Shown here: in pieces, positions 25,650-39,558 of the stretch
How positions within the stretch are numbered: position 1 is the first letter of the stretch
Layout of the letters: each line of letters begins with the position of its first letter
Assembly (NCBI GenBank): GCA_951406725.2
Contig: OX597814.1
Coordinates: 206,832,001 to 206,896,000, forward strand
From: Octopus vulgaris
Lineage: Eukaryota
Length of the DNA stretch: 64,000 bases
Direction: 5' to 3'
Position numbers and translations under genes: made by a program
Notes under the pieces: model-generated
Database searches by the model: none
Told to the model about the DNA's origin: nothing
The model's input: only the letters and a program-made list of their open reading frames with translations

Positions 25650-28600
25650 ATGGTGTTGTCAGAAATAATTAACCCTAAACAGACAGATCTGTCCCTTAAT
25701 CTCAACATCGAAGTTCGTCAAGCCTCACTATTAACAAAGCAAATTACAAACCAGAATGGTCATCGACCGGATTACAGAAGGACACGTACTCAAATGAGGA
25801 ACCGGATTCGATGCAAGAAATCAATTACTGGTTCAAATCTTCCTGACACACAGGAGCTAGAAGTACCCCACAACCGGAATATTCCAACAGATGGCCATCC
25901 ATGCTCGTCACCAAACAACCAAAAGAAAAACAATGAAAAATGGTCTCGGGAAGATAAAGAAGTTCTTACAGCCTTCTACCATGCCATATATTTCTCCACA
26001 AATAAATCTAATACTGTACAAACCTATGTAAACTGGAGACAGAAACACCTTGAAGTAAGACCCTACATAGACAGGAACAAACTTGCCAACGTCAGAAGAA
26101 ACGTTATGTAAAAGAAATTTCTAACTGAATTAGAGACTGACCAACTTAAACAATCAGTAAGGGATAAAAGGTACGAAGCTGCAGCTAAAGAAGATACTAC
26201 AGAGGAAATAATTATAGACCAGCCCAGGGCTGATGAAAATATTGTAATGATTGAAAGAGTTAATGTAACTGATAGGCAAGGTGAAATACTCTCTGAACCA
26301 ACCATAAAGACTAAGGCAGATGAAAATCAAATAGATGAAGAAAGTCACACAAATATTGACCCAACAGAACTGCATGATCTAAAAAATCAAATCATGATTG
26401 AATGGCTGAAAAGTAAAGAAACCAGTATGGATGAATGCAACACTCTCCCAAAAATTAGCAATTCTAACCAAAACCTGAAAGTAATTGATAAAATCTGCCT
26501 TGCACTTAAGGATTTCAGTTAATGATGTTGATGTTACAGATCTCAACCACCAGTACAAAAATCTATGTGGTGAAAAGATTAGAAAACGACAACATTCTCA
26601 CAAAAAGCCTTCTTGGCAACAGTGTATTCAACACCAAATTAAGCTACTTAGGTCTGACATAGAATATTTGAAAAACCTTAAGTTTAACAAAGACTATCAA
26701 ACCTACAAAAACCTGAAAATTAAAGAAAAAATATAATATGAAAACCATACTTGACACAGATGCCACCATAGAAACCATCAAGCAAAAGGTATGTACTAAA
26801 GCTGCCCGCATAACAAGGTATGAAAAGCGCGTTAGATTCTTCAAGGACAACAACATATGGCTAGTTGATGGTTTAACATTCCTGCTTCCAAAAAGTGAAG
26901 AAACAAATGAACCAAAAAACTATAGACCCATAATCTGCTTAACAACTGTGTATAAAACGCTAACATCTGTCCTGACAGAATATACTTATAGTTTTTTAAC
27001 AGACAGCAGCATATTCCCTAATGAACAGAAAGGATGTAAACATGGGTCCAATGGTTGTAAAGATCAACTACTCATCAATAAGATAATCTTAGAAGACTGT
27101 CACAAACAACACAAAAACTTATCAATAGCCTGGATAGACTATAAAAAGGCTTTTGATAGCCTACCACATAGCTGGATTAAGAAATGTCTGGAAATGTATA
27201 AGATAGCACCTACTCTGCGAAACTTTTTGTCTGTAAGTATGAGATCATGGAGAACCACACTAACTTTGAACAGTGACAATGAATCTCTAAATGCTGGTGA
27301 TGTAAAAATTTCATGTGGCATTTTGCAGGGTGACTCACTATCACCACTCCTCTTTTGTCTAGCCTTAATACCTCTCTCAAAATTGCTCAATGATGCACAG
27401 TACGGGTATAAAATGTTTGATAAAAATATAAATCATCTCATTTACAGGGATGATTTAAAACTCTTTGCAAAAAATGACCAACAACTCAAGGGCTTACTAG
27501 CGATAGTCAAACAATTCAGTGATGACATCAGAATGCAATTCGGCCTCGATAAATGTGCAAAGGCTACCTTTATCAAAGGAAAAATGACAGAAACATCTAA
27601 CGTTAACATTGACCAGCAGAATGTCATAAATGAATTAGACCCAGCGGAGAGCTACAAGTACCTAGGGGTAATTGAAGGGGACGGAATAAGGCATTCAGAG
27701 ATGAAGGAAAGGATCAGGAGAGAATGTTATCGAAGAGTGAGAGCAATACTCAAGACAGAGCTGAATGCAAGAAACAGGATCGAAGCGATCAATGCATTAG
27801 CCATACCAGTCGTGACTTACAGTTTCAATATCGTTAACTGGTCAATTACTGAAATATGTAATCTTGACAGAAAAATACAAAAATTGTTGACAATGCATAG
27901 AATGCAGCACCCTTAGGCAGATATAGAACAACTTTATCTGCCAAGGAAAGAGGGAGGCCATGGACTTTTACAACGGGCAATAACAATGAAGATTGCTACA
28001 ATTGGCCTAGACACATACCTGAAAAACTCTGAGGACTGGATGTTAAAACTTGTCTCAAAACATGAAAACAAGAAAGCATCATACTCAGTAACAAAACAGG
28101 CAAAGGAATATCTAAGTGAATTCCGAATACAACAAATTTTGGAATTAGACACACAAGAAACAAGCACAGAAAAAGCTAGGTGCATGAAAACCCGTGCTAA
28201 AACTGTGGCCTTAGATATTCTGAATGATAAATGGCAAGAAAAACCTCTCTATGGCAAATACCCAAAGAGAGCGAATAATGCAGATGTTGACAAAGCCCTG
28301 ACCCACCAATGGCTAATGGCCTCTGGCTTAAAATCTGAAACAGAGGGGTTTATCATAGCAGCCCAAGATCAATGCTTACCTACAAGGAACTACCAGGCCA
28401 ACATATTAAAGAACGGCAGTAGCCCAACATGTCGTGTATGTCAGCAACAAAATGAAACCATTGATTATGTTGTCTCCAAGTGCAGTCTTCTAGCGCCTAC
28501 AGAGTATCTCAACAGGCATGATAGAGCTGCACAATATATTCACTGGGTAATTTGAAAAAACCTGGACTTGCCCCATAATAAAAACTGGTGGGAACACAAA

Positions 28601-28735
28601 CCACCTCCAGTGCTTGAAAATGATCACATCTCACTCCTCTGGAACTTCACCTTTCAAACTGACAGAAAGATAGATGCGAATAGGCCAGACATCATATTGA
28701 AAGACTTCAGACAAAGAACATGCCTCCTGATTGAG
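25650..28735 (+). mobile_element. Dong/R4-clade retrotransposon, family F, internally deleted and cut at its 3' end by a Penelope-like insertion
   Basis: KNYRPIICL, AWIDYKKAFDS, GILQGDSLSPLLF, YRDDLKLF, CRVC..NETIDY, RHD, NRPDII; homology stops at TCLLIE (~28735). Confidence 0.92.
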
Positions 28736-29985
28736 GTAGATAGAAGAGATGTAAGATATAAAGTGGAATAAGAGATATAGGAGAGATAGAAGAGACATAG
28801 AGGGGCGCGTGTTAATGATCAAAGGGGTTTGTATGTGGGTGCTATTCATGGGGGTGAATTTACATTTAGATTTATGAAAGAATTTCAAAGTACAGAAGAA
28901 TTTATGCTTACACATAGTGAAGACATCATACTTATTAAGCAATTGTGGTGAGTTAGGGGTTAAAATTTTGAGGGCTTCTGTTAAGCAGAGTCAACAACTG
29001 GAGTGTTGGCCCTGATATGGGATACCAGAGTCTATTATAGCCCAGAAAATTTATACTGTATTTTTCTAGTAATTAAATGGTGTACATGGCTGATTAGTGG
29101 TGTGGAATTACTATTCTCTTTATATTTAAACAAGTTTAAATGTGCATAACATCTTTGTTTAAAATTGGTGCTAGAACCAATGTAGTGGCTACAGGAGTTA
29201 TTCATCATGTTGTGAACAGTGCATTGGTATACGGCATTGAATCTTCTGCATTGGGCATGCAGTGGGTAATCTGTCCCGGATCTGCAGTTGCAGTTATCAA
29301 TTCTACGATGGTTAATTGGAGATAGAGATGAAATAGTGCTGATAGTGGCTAGGGTAGTATTACATGAATTAATCATGATATAGCTGTGGTTTCTAGTATC
29401 AATATCAATGCCTACACTACCATTATTATTATCTTATTGTCATTATCATTATTGGAGTTGCTGTAATTATTATTATTAGTAGTAGCAGTAATAGTAGTAT
29501 TAGTGGTAGTAATATTAGTAGTATTACTAGTAATAGTAGTAGTAGCAGCAGCAGCAGCGGCTGTAGTAGTATCATTGGTAGTAGTGTTAGTATTAGCAGT
29601 GGTAGTGGAGGTGGTATTAGTGATGCTATTATTGCAACTATTACTAGTTGCATTTGTGGTAGAAGTGTTAGTAGTAGTAGTATTTTCAGTAATGGTAATA
29701 TTCCTATTGATGCTAGTATTAATGTTATTGCTAGTCCTATTAGTAGTAGAAGTATGTGTATTATTAGGTGTAGTTGTTATAATGTAATTAGTATTCTTAG
29801 TATCAGTGTGCCTATTAGTGTTTGCATCGGTTTCAGCTGTGCATCCATTACCCTCTGAGGTGGGAACCATATTATGTATGTTCAAGTTGTTTCAAGTGGC
29901 CGGGCCAGGGATATTAGATATGTTATTGCGAGTGGTGTTAGTGTTTTTGTTGTGTAGGTCGATGGTAGGGTTGTATGTAAGGTCA
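28736..29985 (-). mobile_element. Penelope-like element 3' fragment (GIY-YIG endonuclease) preceded by an ACT/AAT-rich low-complexity tract
   Basis: CNCR....PL...C....AVYQC...HYIGSSTNFKQR..H...F......ST.L, then LLNK..V...CKHK. Confidence 0.75.
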
Positions 29986-29994
29986 GGGCAGCAA

Positions 29995-30340
29995 ACTTGC
30001 AGTCATAGGATCATGGTTTCATTTCCCAGACCAGACGTTATGAGTGTTTATGGAGCGAAAACACCTAAAGATCCACGGGAATTCGGCAGTGGTGGTGGGC
30101 GAACCCTGCTGTATTCTTTCACCACAACTTTCTCTCACTCCTTCTTCTTGTTACTGTTGTACCTGCATTTTAAAGGGCCAGCCTTGTCACACTCTGTATC
30201 ACATTGAATCTCCCTGAGAACTACATTAAAGGTACACATGTCTGTGGATTGTTCAGCCAGTTGCAAGTTAATTTCATGAGCAGACTGTTCCACTGATTGT
30301 ATAAACTGGAATCCTCATTGACGTAACTGACGGTGTGTCA
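29995..30340 (+). mobile_element. Probable tRNA-derived SINE (second family)
   Basis: Degenerate B-box head ggatcatggtttcatttcccagacc...tgtttatggagcgaaaacacctaaagatcca, also found at 39414-39480. Confidence 0.55.
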
Positions 30341-30999
30341 CATATATATATATATATATTCACACTCCTGTTTCTTCTCAGTGATTACAGCTATGAAAAA
30401 AACATCAACACATGAAGATGGGTGGTGGTCAAGGTGTAAACACTGTAAAGAGGGACCCATAACAAAACCAACGAAAAGAGAAAGAACGGTGGACAGATAA
30501 TCATGAATACTGTGAAATGGTTGATTTATGATTTACACACACTACAATGCAACACTCCTCCAAAAACATACAGAAATAAACTCATACAGTAAATACCCAA
30601 TAAAATGGACAAAGCCCACGTCATGTGCCATACAAGTCTGATACCCAACAGAAGAACACAACCTGCATTGTACAAACAACACACAATACAAAAACTAATA
30701 CATCAGAAAACTCAAACCAAACTCATAACAAAACATACTAATACAATGCAATATTCTCCATGCCCCACAAAAAAGTACAGCACACTCCACCCCACCAGCA
30801 CAAAAATGCAGCATGTGATGCAATAGAAAGTTGCTTGAAACTATCAAATGTCAAAAAATAATAGTGGGGGTGACGATGGTGATGAGCATTACTTTACTTT
30901 AGTTTATGAAAGACAGGAGTTTCTGAAAAAACTCTGGCTGTAACAGAGAAAACTAAGCTGGACCTTTAAAGGAGGCCTCTCGCACAGCTGTGGTCCAGA

Positions 31000-31738
31000 A
31001 AAGATGCAGACAGACCACAGCTGTTATCCTGAGACAGCATCATTAGATAATAGAACAAAGAGGCAGGAAGTGAACCAGCAAAAAAAAAAAAAACAGGATA
31101 GTGATGCAGTGCTATTTAGAAAGTGAACCTAAAAGAAGGGGATATAGAAAACGGATGTTAACACGTTGGGTAGAGAAGGGTTTGTTTAAAGTGACTGAGC
31201 ACAGAAATGGTATGAACATGAAGCAGAAGGAGTCACTGAGAACAACGAACATACGATACTGTGGGAATTTACAATCCAATGTGACTCCCTAATCAAGGCT
31301 CAGAGACCAGATATTGTGGTGGTAGATGAAGGAAAAAAGGAAACGAAGATCATAGATATTGCAATAAGTGACAAAGAAGTAGAAAAAATGGGAAAGTACA
31401 CACTACTAAAAGATGAAATTGCGAGAATGTGGACTATGAGGAGAGTGTCTGTCATTCCAGTAGTTTTAAGGACACTCAAAGCACTAGGAACCATGTTGGA
31501 GAAACATGTCAAAGAAATCAGAATTGATATGAGAGCAATGTAAACCCAAAAAACTCCTCTTCTGGGGACTTGGATGTTGAATGTCTCCCATGATAGTAAA
31601 CAACCAAGTATCAAAGCTTATGTGCAGAAAGAGACCCTGTGAGACCTGTCTGCTCTCATAGAATCTACCATAACAAACAAGACTGAATGTTCTGAGAGGT
31701 AAAACAAAATAATAATAATAATAATAAAAGTAATAATA
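31000..31738 (+). mobile_element. Internally deleted Dong/R4 element (N-terminus fused to endonuclease)
   Basis: VMQCYLESEPKRRGYRKRM..W joins at ~31200 directly to KWYEH..EGV.EN..ILW...RPDIVVVD...IIDIA; ends in AAT repeats. Confidence 0.75.
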
Positions 31739-31869
31739 ATCCTTTTCACAAGGCCCGAAATTTTGGGGGAGGGGCCCAGTTCATTAGACTGACCCCAGTA
31801 CACAACTGGTAGTTAATTTATTGATCCCGAAAGGATGAAAAGCAAAGTCGACCTTGGCAGAATTTGAAT

Positions 31870-33110
31870 CGTCATCATCGTTTTATGTCCGCTTTCCATG
31901 CTGGCATGGGTTGGACGGTTTGATTGAGGACTGGTGAGCCAGATGTCTGCATCAGGCTCCAGTCTGATCTGACAGTGTTTCTACAGCTAGATGTCCTTCC
32001 TAACACCAACCACTCTGTGAGTGTAGTGGGTGCTTTTACATTCTACCGGCACGAGGACCAGTCAGGCATTTCTGGCAATGACCACGCTCAAAAGGTGTTT
32101 TTATGTGCTACCTGCATAGGAGCCAGTCTGGCAGCACTGGCAACAACTACGCTCGAATGTTGTTTTTCATGCGCCACCAGCAAATGTGTCAGTAAAGCAA
32201 CACTGGCAACGATCACACTCGAATGGTGCTTTTCACATGTTACCAGCACTGGAGCTAATCTGTGGCCCTGGCAATGATCATACCTGGAAGTACTTTTAAG
32301 GTCCCACGGGCACAAGTGCCAATCAGGCAGTACTGTCATCGGTCACATCAGCGATTTTGCTTTGTTTACACTTGTCTCAACAGGTCTTCACAAGCAAGGT
32401 TTATTGTCCAATGAATGAGGGGTATTCATAAATGGGCTGGTTACACCCACTGGCATAGGCCATGGGCAATGGTCTCACATTGGGTTGTCGGGTCTTCTCA
32501 AGTATAGCATATCTCCAAAGGTCTTGTTCATTTGTCATTGCCTTGGAGAGGCCCAGTGTTCAAAGGCCATGCTTCACTACCTCATCCCAGGTTTTCCTGG
32601 GTCTACCTCTTCTACAGGTTCTCCCAACACTTTTTCACACAGCTGTCCTCATCCATTCACATCATTTAACCATACCAGCTCAGTCGTCTCTCTTGCACAC
32701 CACATCTGATGCTTTTTAAATTCAACTTTTCTCTCAGGGCGCTTACATTCTGTTGAGTATGCACACTGACATTACACACCCAGCGGAGCATGCTGGCTTC
32801 ATTCCTTGCAAGCTTACACATGTCCTCAGCAGTCACAGCCCATGTTTCACTACCATGTAGCATGGCTGTTCATACACATGCATCATACAATCTACCTTTT
32901 ACTCTGGGCAAGAGGCCCTTTGTCACCAGCAGAAGTAGGAGCTCTCTGAACGTTACCCAGGCTATTCTTATTCTAGCAGCTACACTTTCAGAGCATCCAT
33001 CACCACTACTGATGTGGTCACCTACTTGTAGTTTTTCTCCTTGGAATGTGACAGAAGCTGTTCTCTGCACATTTTCAGTGTTTATAGCACCTGAGTATTT
33101 GCCACAAATA
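31870..33110 (-). mobile_element. RTE LINE 3' fragment, older copy of the 6636-9862 family
   Basis: MLHGSETWAV, ERRLSWYG, 3' UTR repeats and ATG tail; the 5' break abuts (AAT)n at 33112. Confidence 0.88.
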
Positions 33111-33115
33111 TAATG

Positions 33116-33179
<64 letters not shown>

Positions 33180-33199
33180 TAAAACTACTGAATAATAAT

Positions 33200-36100
33200 A
33201 ATACCAATACTTTCTTTATTGGCTACCAGGGCCAAATACAAAACATAAAAGTTGATTCACAAACAAGGGACAGTGGGGCTAAATGTGTAAACAGCAAAAG
33301 AAAAAAGACACAATTCACAAGGAGATTAGACCAACAATGATCTTCCCCAATAATGGGGGGTGGGGTTCCACTGAGGAGTGAGCAAAGGAACCACTAACCC
33401 CAACAGTACCTCAGGTAGGTACCCCTCTCTTCCTCATTCCATCTGGCCTACAGACCCACACTTAGAGTAGGCCCATTTACATGGGCCATTCTTGTCACAT
33501 TCACCCACCTTTCAACAAACCTTCTGGGTGACAGCACCTCCCTCTCCAACCTCAATTTCCCTTTCAAATGGAACCTGAAAAAGTCAATTGAGGCCCTTTC
33601 AATCGTGTCCACGATACAACCTTTTTTACCATAGCCACCATAGAGAAAAACTGCCTGTCCTTCCCAGCCAAAGGAAGGAGGTAGAATGATCATGATGGAC
33701 TTGGACGATAGCCAAATCCATCTTCCATGTGACAATAACTGTCTGACAAAGCTCCATAAGTCAGCAATGCATGGACACTGTACGAGAGCATACAGAATGG
33801 TTTCATCACTCCACGTACATCTCAGAGAGGCCCATCTGACTGCACACCTGTGCCTGTAGAGCTTATTGTGAACTGGCAGACCCCCCTGGTAGCACTGCCA
33901 GGTCATGGATTTCAGGAAGTTGTCCATAGGCCCTGGCCCAAAAATCTTCTGAAAGAGACCAGCCAGTTGATCCCTCTCAACGCCCAAAACCTATCTGACA
34001 ATGTTGTACCTCTTGCCCTCCACTAATCCCCTATAGGACTCCAAGGTGGAACTTCCACTGACTGCATCACCCAACTAGCGAAGGGTTGTTAGCGCTTGGA
34101 GACACTCTAGGTGTCAAGCACCCTGCCGTGGTCTACACCGAATCCAGGACTGTCACCCCATCTAGGAGACAATCTATGGAAAAGTGTGTTCAACAAATGG
34201 GGACCACACCTGCTCACTGTTCAGATATTGCTGGAGATGTTGCAGCTTCAGCACATATCTGTGCATCATGAGCAATGGCATGCCCAGTACTCCATGTAAT
34301 GAGTTCTGACAGCAAATGGACCATCTGACAAGTGGTACTCGTCCCTTCCACAAGAAGCAGAAGAGCACGTGCACCAGCCTGTTCAGTTACGAAGCGGGGC
34401 AACGGTCAACAGTCAGGTAGTAGCATATGATGGATGCAATGTATGCTTTCACCACCTCTGCCCAATCTTTCAGAGAAAGCTTCCTCTCAACCCATTTGTG
34501 GTTGAGACTGGTCATCCTGTTTGTCACTTCACCCTAAATCGTATCCACTTGGAGGTCTGGACCAAACCAGACCCCAAGCAACTTAACCAGTTCTTCCATC
34601 CAATGCCCCACAATGTTGTCACTCAGCAAGGGCCTGCCTCTCCAGGTGCTGAGCTGCAGGCCCACTACTTCTGGCTAATCATTGCTCCTGTCATCATGTC
34701 ATATTCCCTTAGGGTAGTGCCAACCATCTTGATTTCCAAGACGTCCAACACTATCACGGTGACATCAGCCGCATATGAACCTTCCACATTCTAGTTCACA
34801 AGGTATGTCCCTCGAAACATCCAACTTCTGCAGCAATGGCTCGAGTGCCAGTACATAGAGAAGTGAGAGTAGGCATCCTTGACAGACTGAACGTGCAATG
34901 CTAAATAATTCCGACATGTAGCCATTTACTTTGACCCCCGAACAGATGTCATTGTACATTGCAGTGAACAAGCCTCTGCAAACAGGACCAAGACTAGCTG
35001 CTTCAAGCACAGTCTCCAAGTACTGATGGTCAACCCTATCGAAAGTTTTCAATTGATCCAAATTGATCAGGGCCCCTCCCATGCCAGGTTCTTTATCAAC
35101 CTACTTTTTGATGAATAGCATGCGGTGGAAGTTGTCATGGATAGAGCTGTTGGGAATAGCACAAGTCTGTGTATCACCCATCAATCGGTAATGACAAGCA
35201 CCAATCTCTTTGCTAAAACCTTAACCAAATTTTCGAAATCTGCATTTAATAGAGTTACAGGCCTAAAGTTATCAACCATGTCACCCTTGTTTGGATTCTT
35301 CTCAGTAGTGCCACCACACCTCAGCTCACAGATCTGGAGATTCTCACATTCTGCCGCCAGTTGCGAAAGACACCCTGCAAAAGCTTACTGAACAAGTCTG
35401 GCATATGAATATAAAGCTTGAAGGGCAAACCATCCAATCCCAGAGACTTCTCCCTCATGCAACTAGCCAATGCAACACATATATCTTCAGCTGTAATTGG
35501 CATTTTGCAGAACTCCACCTTCCTGGATGAAAGCCAGGGCAGAGCATCAAGGGGGAAGTGAAGTTCACCTCCACCTCCACCTCCAGACTACCACATGCCC
35601 CATACAGTTCAGCAAAGTGCCACTGAAATTCTGCACAAATCTGCTCGTACTCATGTAGCATGTACTTGTCTGCACCCCTCCCCCGGAATTTAACAATTTA
35701 CACCTTGGCCACTCAGTGCCATCAAACGGCTTTTGCTCCCTCCTCTTTTAGAACACATGCCCTAGCTCTCACAATGCAACCTTTATGCTTGGTGTTAAAG
35801 AATTGGTTCAGAACCAATCTCGCTGCCAGCACATCGGTCACTATGCCTCTACTGAGTGCCTCCTCCAATTTCTTAACTAGATCTCCCTAGTTCTCTGTAA
35901 AATTTTACAGATTCTACTGTAACCCCATATTTTAGGGCTACTCACCATCAGTTGTTGACAACTGCACCTATCAACTTTCGATGGACCAGCTTGCTAAGTC
36001 AGTCTCTGAAAACTTGATGTGCCAGGAAAGATGTGTTCAGCTTCCAGTATCTGGGACCCTGCCTATGAAGCTTATATAGGTCAACCATACAGATCACAAA

Positions 36101-37218
36101 TTTGTGGTCCGTATAGCTGATGAGTTCAAACTGTGGACAGCCTATGCTATCCCTATCTGCTGGCCTACAAACTATCCTAAGTAAGATCTAGATGACCCAA
36201 TGCAGTTTACCCACAATCAGCAACCGGAACATCCAGTCTGAGCTTGCAAACCAGTTGGAAATGACTGAGTAGGTTCGCAAGGCTTGAGCACACCCCTTCC
36301 TATCCACTAGCTGCACCCAATCCAGACATGCAGCCAAGACAGTGTTCCAGTTGCCCACTAACACTAAAGAGTGAGACATCCCAAGAAAGACTTCAAAACA
36401 TCTGAAGAAATTTGGCTGTCCCAATCCAGTCAAAGCATACACAGCGACCAGTCTGAAAGCACTGCCTTCATTATTGTTCACGTCCAAGATCACCTACTTA
36501 TCTTCTGGGTCCAAGAAGACTCACTGTATCTCAAGATCCAGACCTTTTCTGAACAACACCGCCACTCCAACCCCCATTCTTGATCGACTAAGAGATGCAT
36601 AGATCTCAAAATCTTCAAAAATGGGTGCTAAGTTGCATGTGTTTGCAATGCTGGTCTCACTAATGGCTATTACATCCAAATTCAGCCACCTGAGGTTACT
36701 GAGCAAGTGACCTTGCTTCCAGGATGACCCCAGGCCACGTACATTTATACAACCTACTCTTAGCACCACCATATTGGCTGAAAAAGAAGAAAAGAAAGAT
36801 GAGGAGTGCTACTTACCCATTAGAAAATGGGTGGACCCACCTCTATTTCTTCATTGGGCTCCTTTGGAAACCCTTGTAGAAGCTTTGTATTGGCATTTAC
36901 TTGAGAGATCCCTACATCGTCTGGAAAGCCTCCCTAATTGTTTGGAAAGTGTGTTAGTCCAAGAAGATTACCCCCCCCCCACCTTTTCCAATGACTCCCC
37001 TTTGTGATAAGATAGCCATAAGTTCTTTGTTGGCCTTCCTTACTAACACAGAGTGAGCTGCCTGTGTCAACTTTTTTTTGCTGTTCTTGTTGCATTTGTG
37101 GTGTAAGTTTGCTTTGGGGATTTTTTTTTTCTGTCTGCAGTGGGATTTTTGGTGCTTGTGATGCTTTAGTTGATGATTGTGGTGCTGCAGGAGTTGTCTG
37201 GGTGTCTGTGTTTGTTGT

Positions 37219-37249
<31 letters not shown>

Positions 37250-39075
37250 CGTGCGTGTGTGTAGTTTCTTTGCTATCTTGCTTTGGTGCAGGACAACATG
37301 TCTAGCCTCTGTGACTTTTTTAATTTACTCTGATCCCTGTCCTCATCACCTTTCATTGTGGTAGAACCAGTGTCTGTTGCAACCTCCTCCGCTCTCCTGT
37401 GCAAGTGAATTTGTGTTTGTATGTGTATCTTTTTCTGCATGCTTGTTTGTGAGGGGTGGGGTTGTTGAGCTTGGTTGCAAGGTGTTGGTTTTCATGGTTG
37501 ACCTCTCCGACGGCTTTCCTGCTGGTGCTGTTGTTACACCTGCCACCATTGTCACCATTGTTGCTGCTTTCCATGTTATTGGTGGTGATCTTTCTACAGC
37601 TGGTGCTATTTTTTGTTTTCCCAGCCTTGGTGTTGATGTCAATGGAGGTCCATGGGCCCCTCTAACTTTTCATTGAGGGCAATGTGCTTGTAAGTGTGTT
37701 GCTTCACCACAAGCAAAGCAATGAGGCCTCCTGCCTTCAGTGATCAAATATAATTTCGTTCCTTCTTTGAGGCAGACATGGTCTGGGATGTCCACCTAGT
37801 CTTGTGGTTTTATTTGGATTAGCATTTCCAAATCCTTCCCAATCCAGTCTTCTCTTTGCATCTGTTAGACTTTAAGGACGAAGGTGTTGCTGCTCTCCAT
37901 GATCACACATCCCATGTGCCTCCACATGTTGATACCTGGTGTTATTCTGGGGACTCCAACTTTTATAGTTCTTCTGCCCATGTAGGATGGGTACATTACA
38001 AGCTGGTCAGTTTTATGGGGTACCACCGAATGCTTCATGGCCAGCTCTTCTATTTTAAAAAGTACCAAGATGGTACCAAAACTTCCGGCCCTTTGAATGA
38101 ATTGAACTTCTTCTCTGATTGACCTCAGTACCATTTCCACTTGAAGGTAGGAAGGTTGTTCTGCACCGAGACACACTTATACTTTACTGTTCTCTTCTCA
38201 ATTTCTACCTCCACTTTGGCCGGGATTGCAAGGTTTGCCCAGGCTTTTTCTCTCTCTATGAGTTTGTACATCAGGAACATCTGTTTCTTGTTGGAGATGT
38301 TTATCTCATAGTATTTTTGTTGGCATTTCGCAGCTGCTGCTGCAAAAATACTTGTTCAGTTCTCAATGTTGATGATAGTGGTGGTGGTGGAATCATTCAC
38401 TTTGTTATAATTATTGTTACTTCTAAATACACCCACCTCTCTGTTGCTGGTGTTGCCGTTGGTATTGGTTGTGTTCTCATCGATGTTTTTGTTGTTGTTA
38501 TTCATTCTGTTATTGTTTTCTGTTATGCTTCTCTGCTCTGTGCTGTTCGATTTGTTATTTTCTGTGTTGATATCAGTTATCATATAATTTTCCACATTAT
38601 TCCTGTTTGGGTAGTTGGTGGTTACATTTTCATTTTCTATTCGACTATCGAGGGATTGTGTGTTCTCCATTGTGTCTCTGTTCTTTGTCAAAATACTTCT
38701 TAGTTCTTTACGGTTTATTTTATCACTGTCCAAAAGCACTGTGGTGCTTTTGGATTTGTTATCAATTTTGTTCCTGAAATTGCTTCTTGTGTCAGTGAAA
38801 ATTGCATTTTCATGATGTTTCCTGCTGTCACAAATTGGTTTGTTTTGCATTAGAAAGTTACACCCCTACACACCATTTTTCACTTATGAACGTGTAAACA
38901 TTTCACAAATGCTAATATTTGGGCACTAAGCCCCAATATTATTCAATTCTTTTTTGGCAGGGACAAAGACTATTGTCTTATGCTCCTTTTTAAACAATAA
39001 TATCAACAAAGACAGTAGTTTTGAGAACAAAAATACCTGTCAAGCTTCTATCGATGTTCTAGCCTTCCAACCAGT
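33200..39075 (-). mobile_element. L1/Tx1-clade LINE, near full-length but decayed (ORF1 with CCHC knuckle; ORF2 APE-RT)
   Basis: ORF2 start MVVLRVGCINVRGL..DVIAISET, LVGNWN, SLGLDGLP..LY, ALINLDQLKTFDRVDH, QGC.LS.LYVLALEPL; ORF1 YMGRRT..V and EGRRPHCFACGEATHL..C; 3' AATAAAGAAA; (AAT)n on both sides. Confidence 0.85.
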
Positions 39076-39097
39076 ATAATAATAATAATAATAATAA

Positions 39098-39558
39098 TAT
39101 AGATGTTTTCGATCTAGTTTGAATTCTTTGCAATCAAATTTGAATTTTTCAATTGGTGCTCAACCCTTGAAAAAAATTAGTTAAACTACATCGGCCGTAA
39201 GGGAATACATGTTTATCTTATCTAACTCGTCCAGTAGAGCCCACTGTTACTCGAACTTCAATCTAATCCCAAGCTTGGGACAACAAACTTGAGTTGGATA
39301 AACTTGAATAGTACGCTCTTTGCTCTTTATAACCGTTTTATGAAGTCACTTTTTTTGTTAAAATATTGTTCAATTTGCAGCTCCTCAAAGCAAATGGACT
39401 GGTTCTTTTAAGAGGGATCATGGGTTTGAATCTCTGACCGGGTGATGTGTGTGTTTATGAGCGGAACACCTAAGCTCCATGTTTTTCAAAGCTTGATTAC
39501 CAACTGAAAAATTCAAATTTGATTGCAAAGAATCTAAACTAGATCGAAAACATCTATA
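39098..39558. mobile_element. MITE with ~77-bp terminal inverted repeats and TA flanks
   Basis: tatagatgttttcgatctagtttgaattctttgcaatcaaatttgaatttttca (from 39098) is the near-exact reverse complement of tgaaaaattcaaatttgattgcaaagaatctaaactagatcgaaaacatctata (to 39558). Confidence 0.88.
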
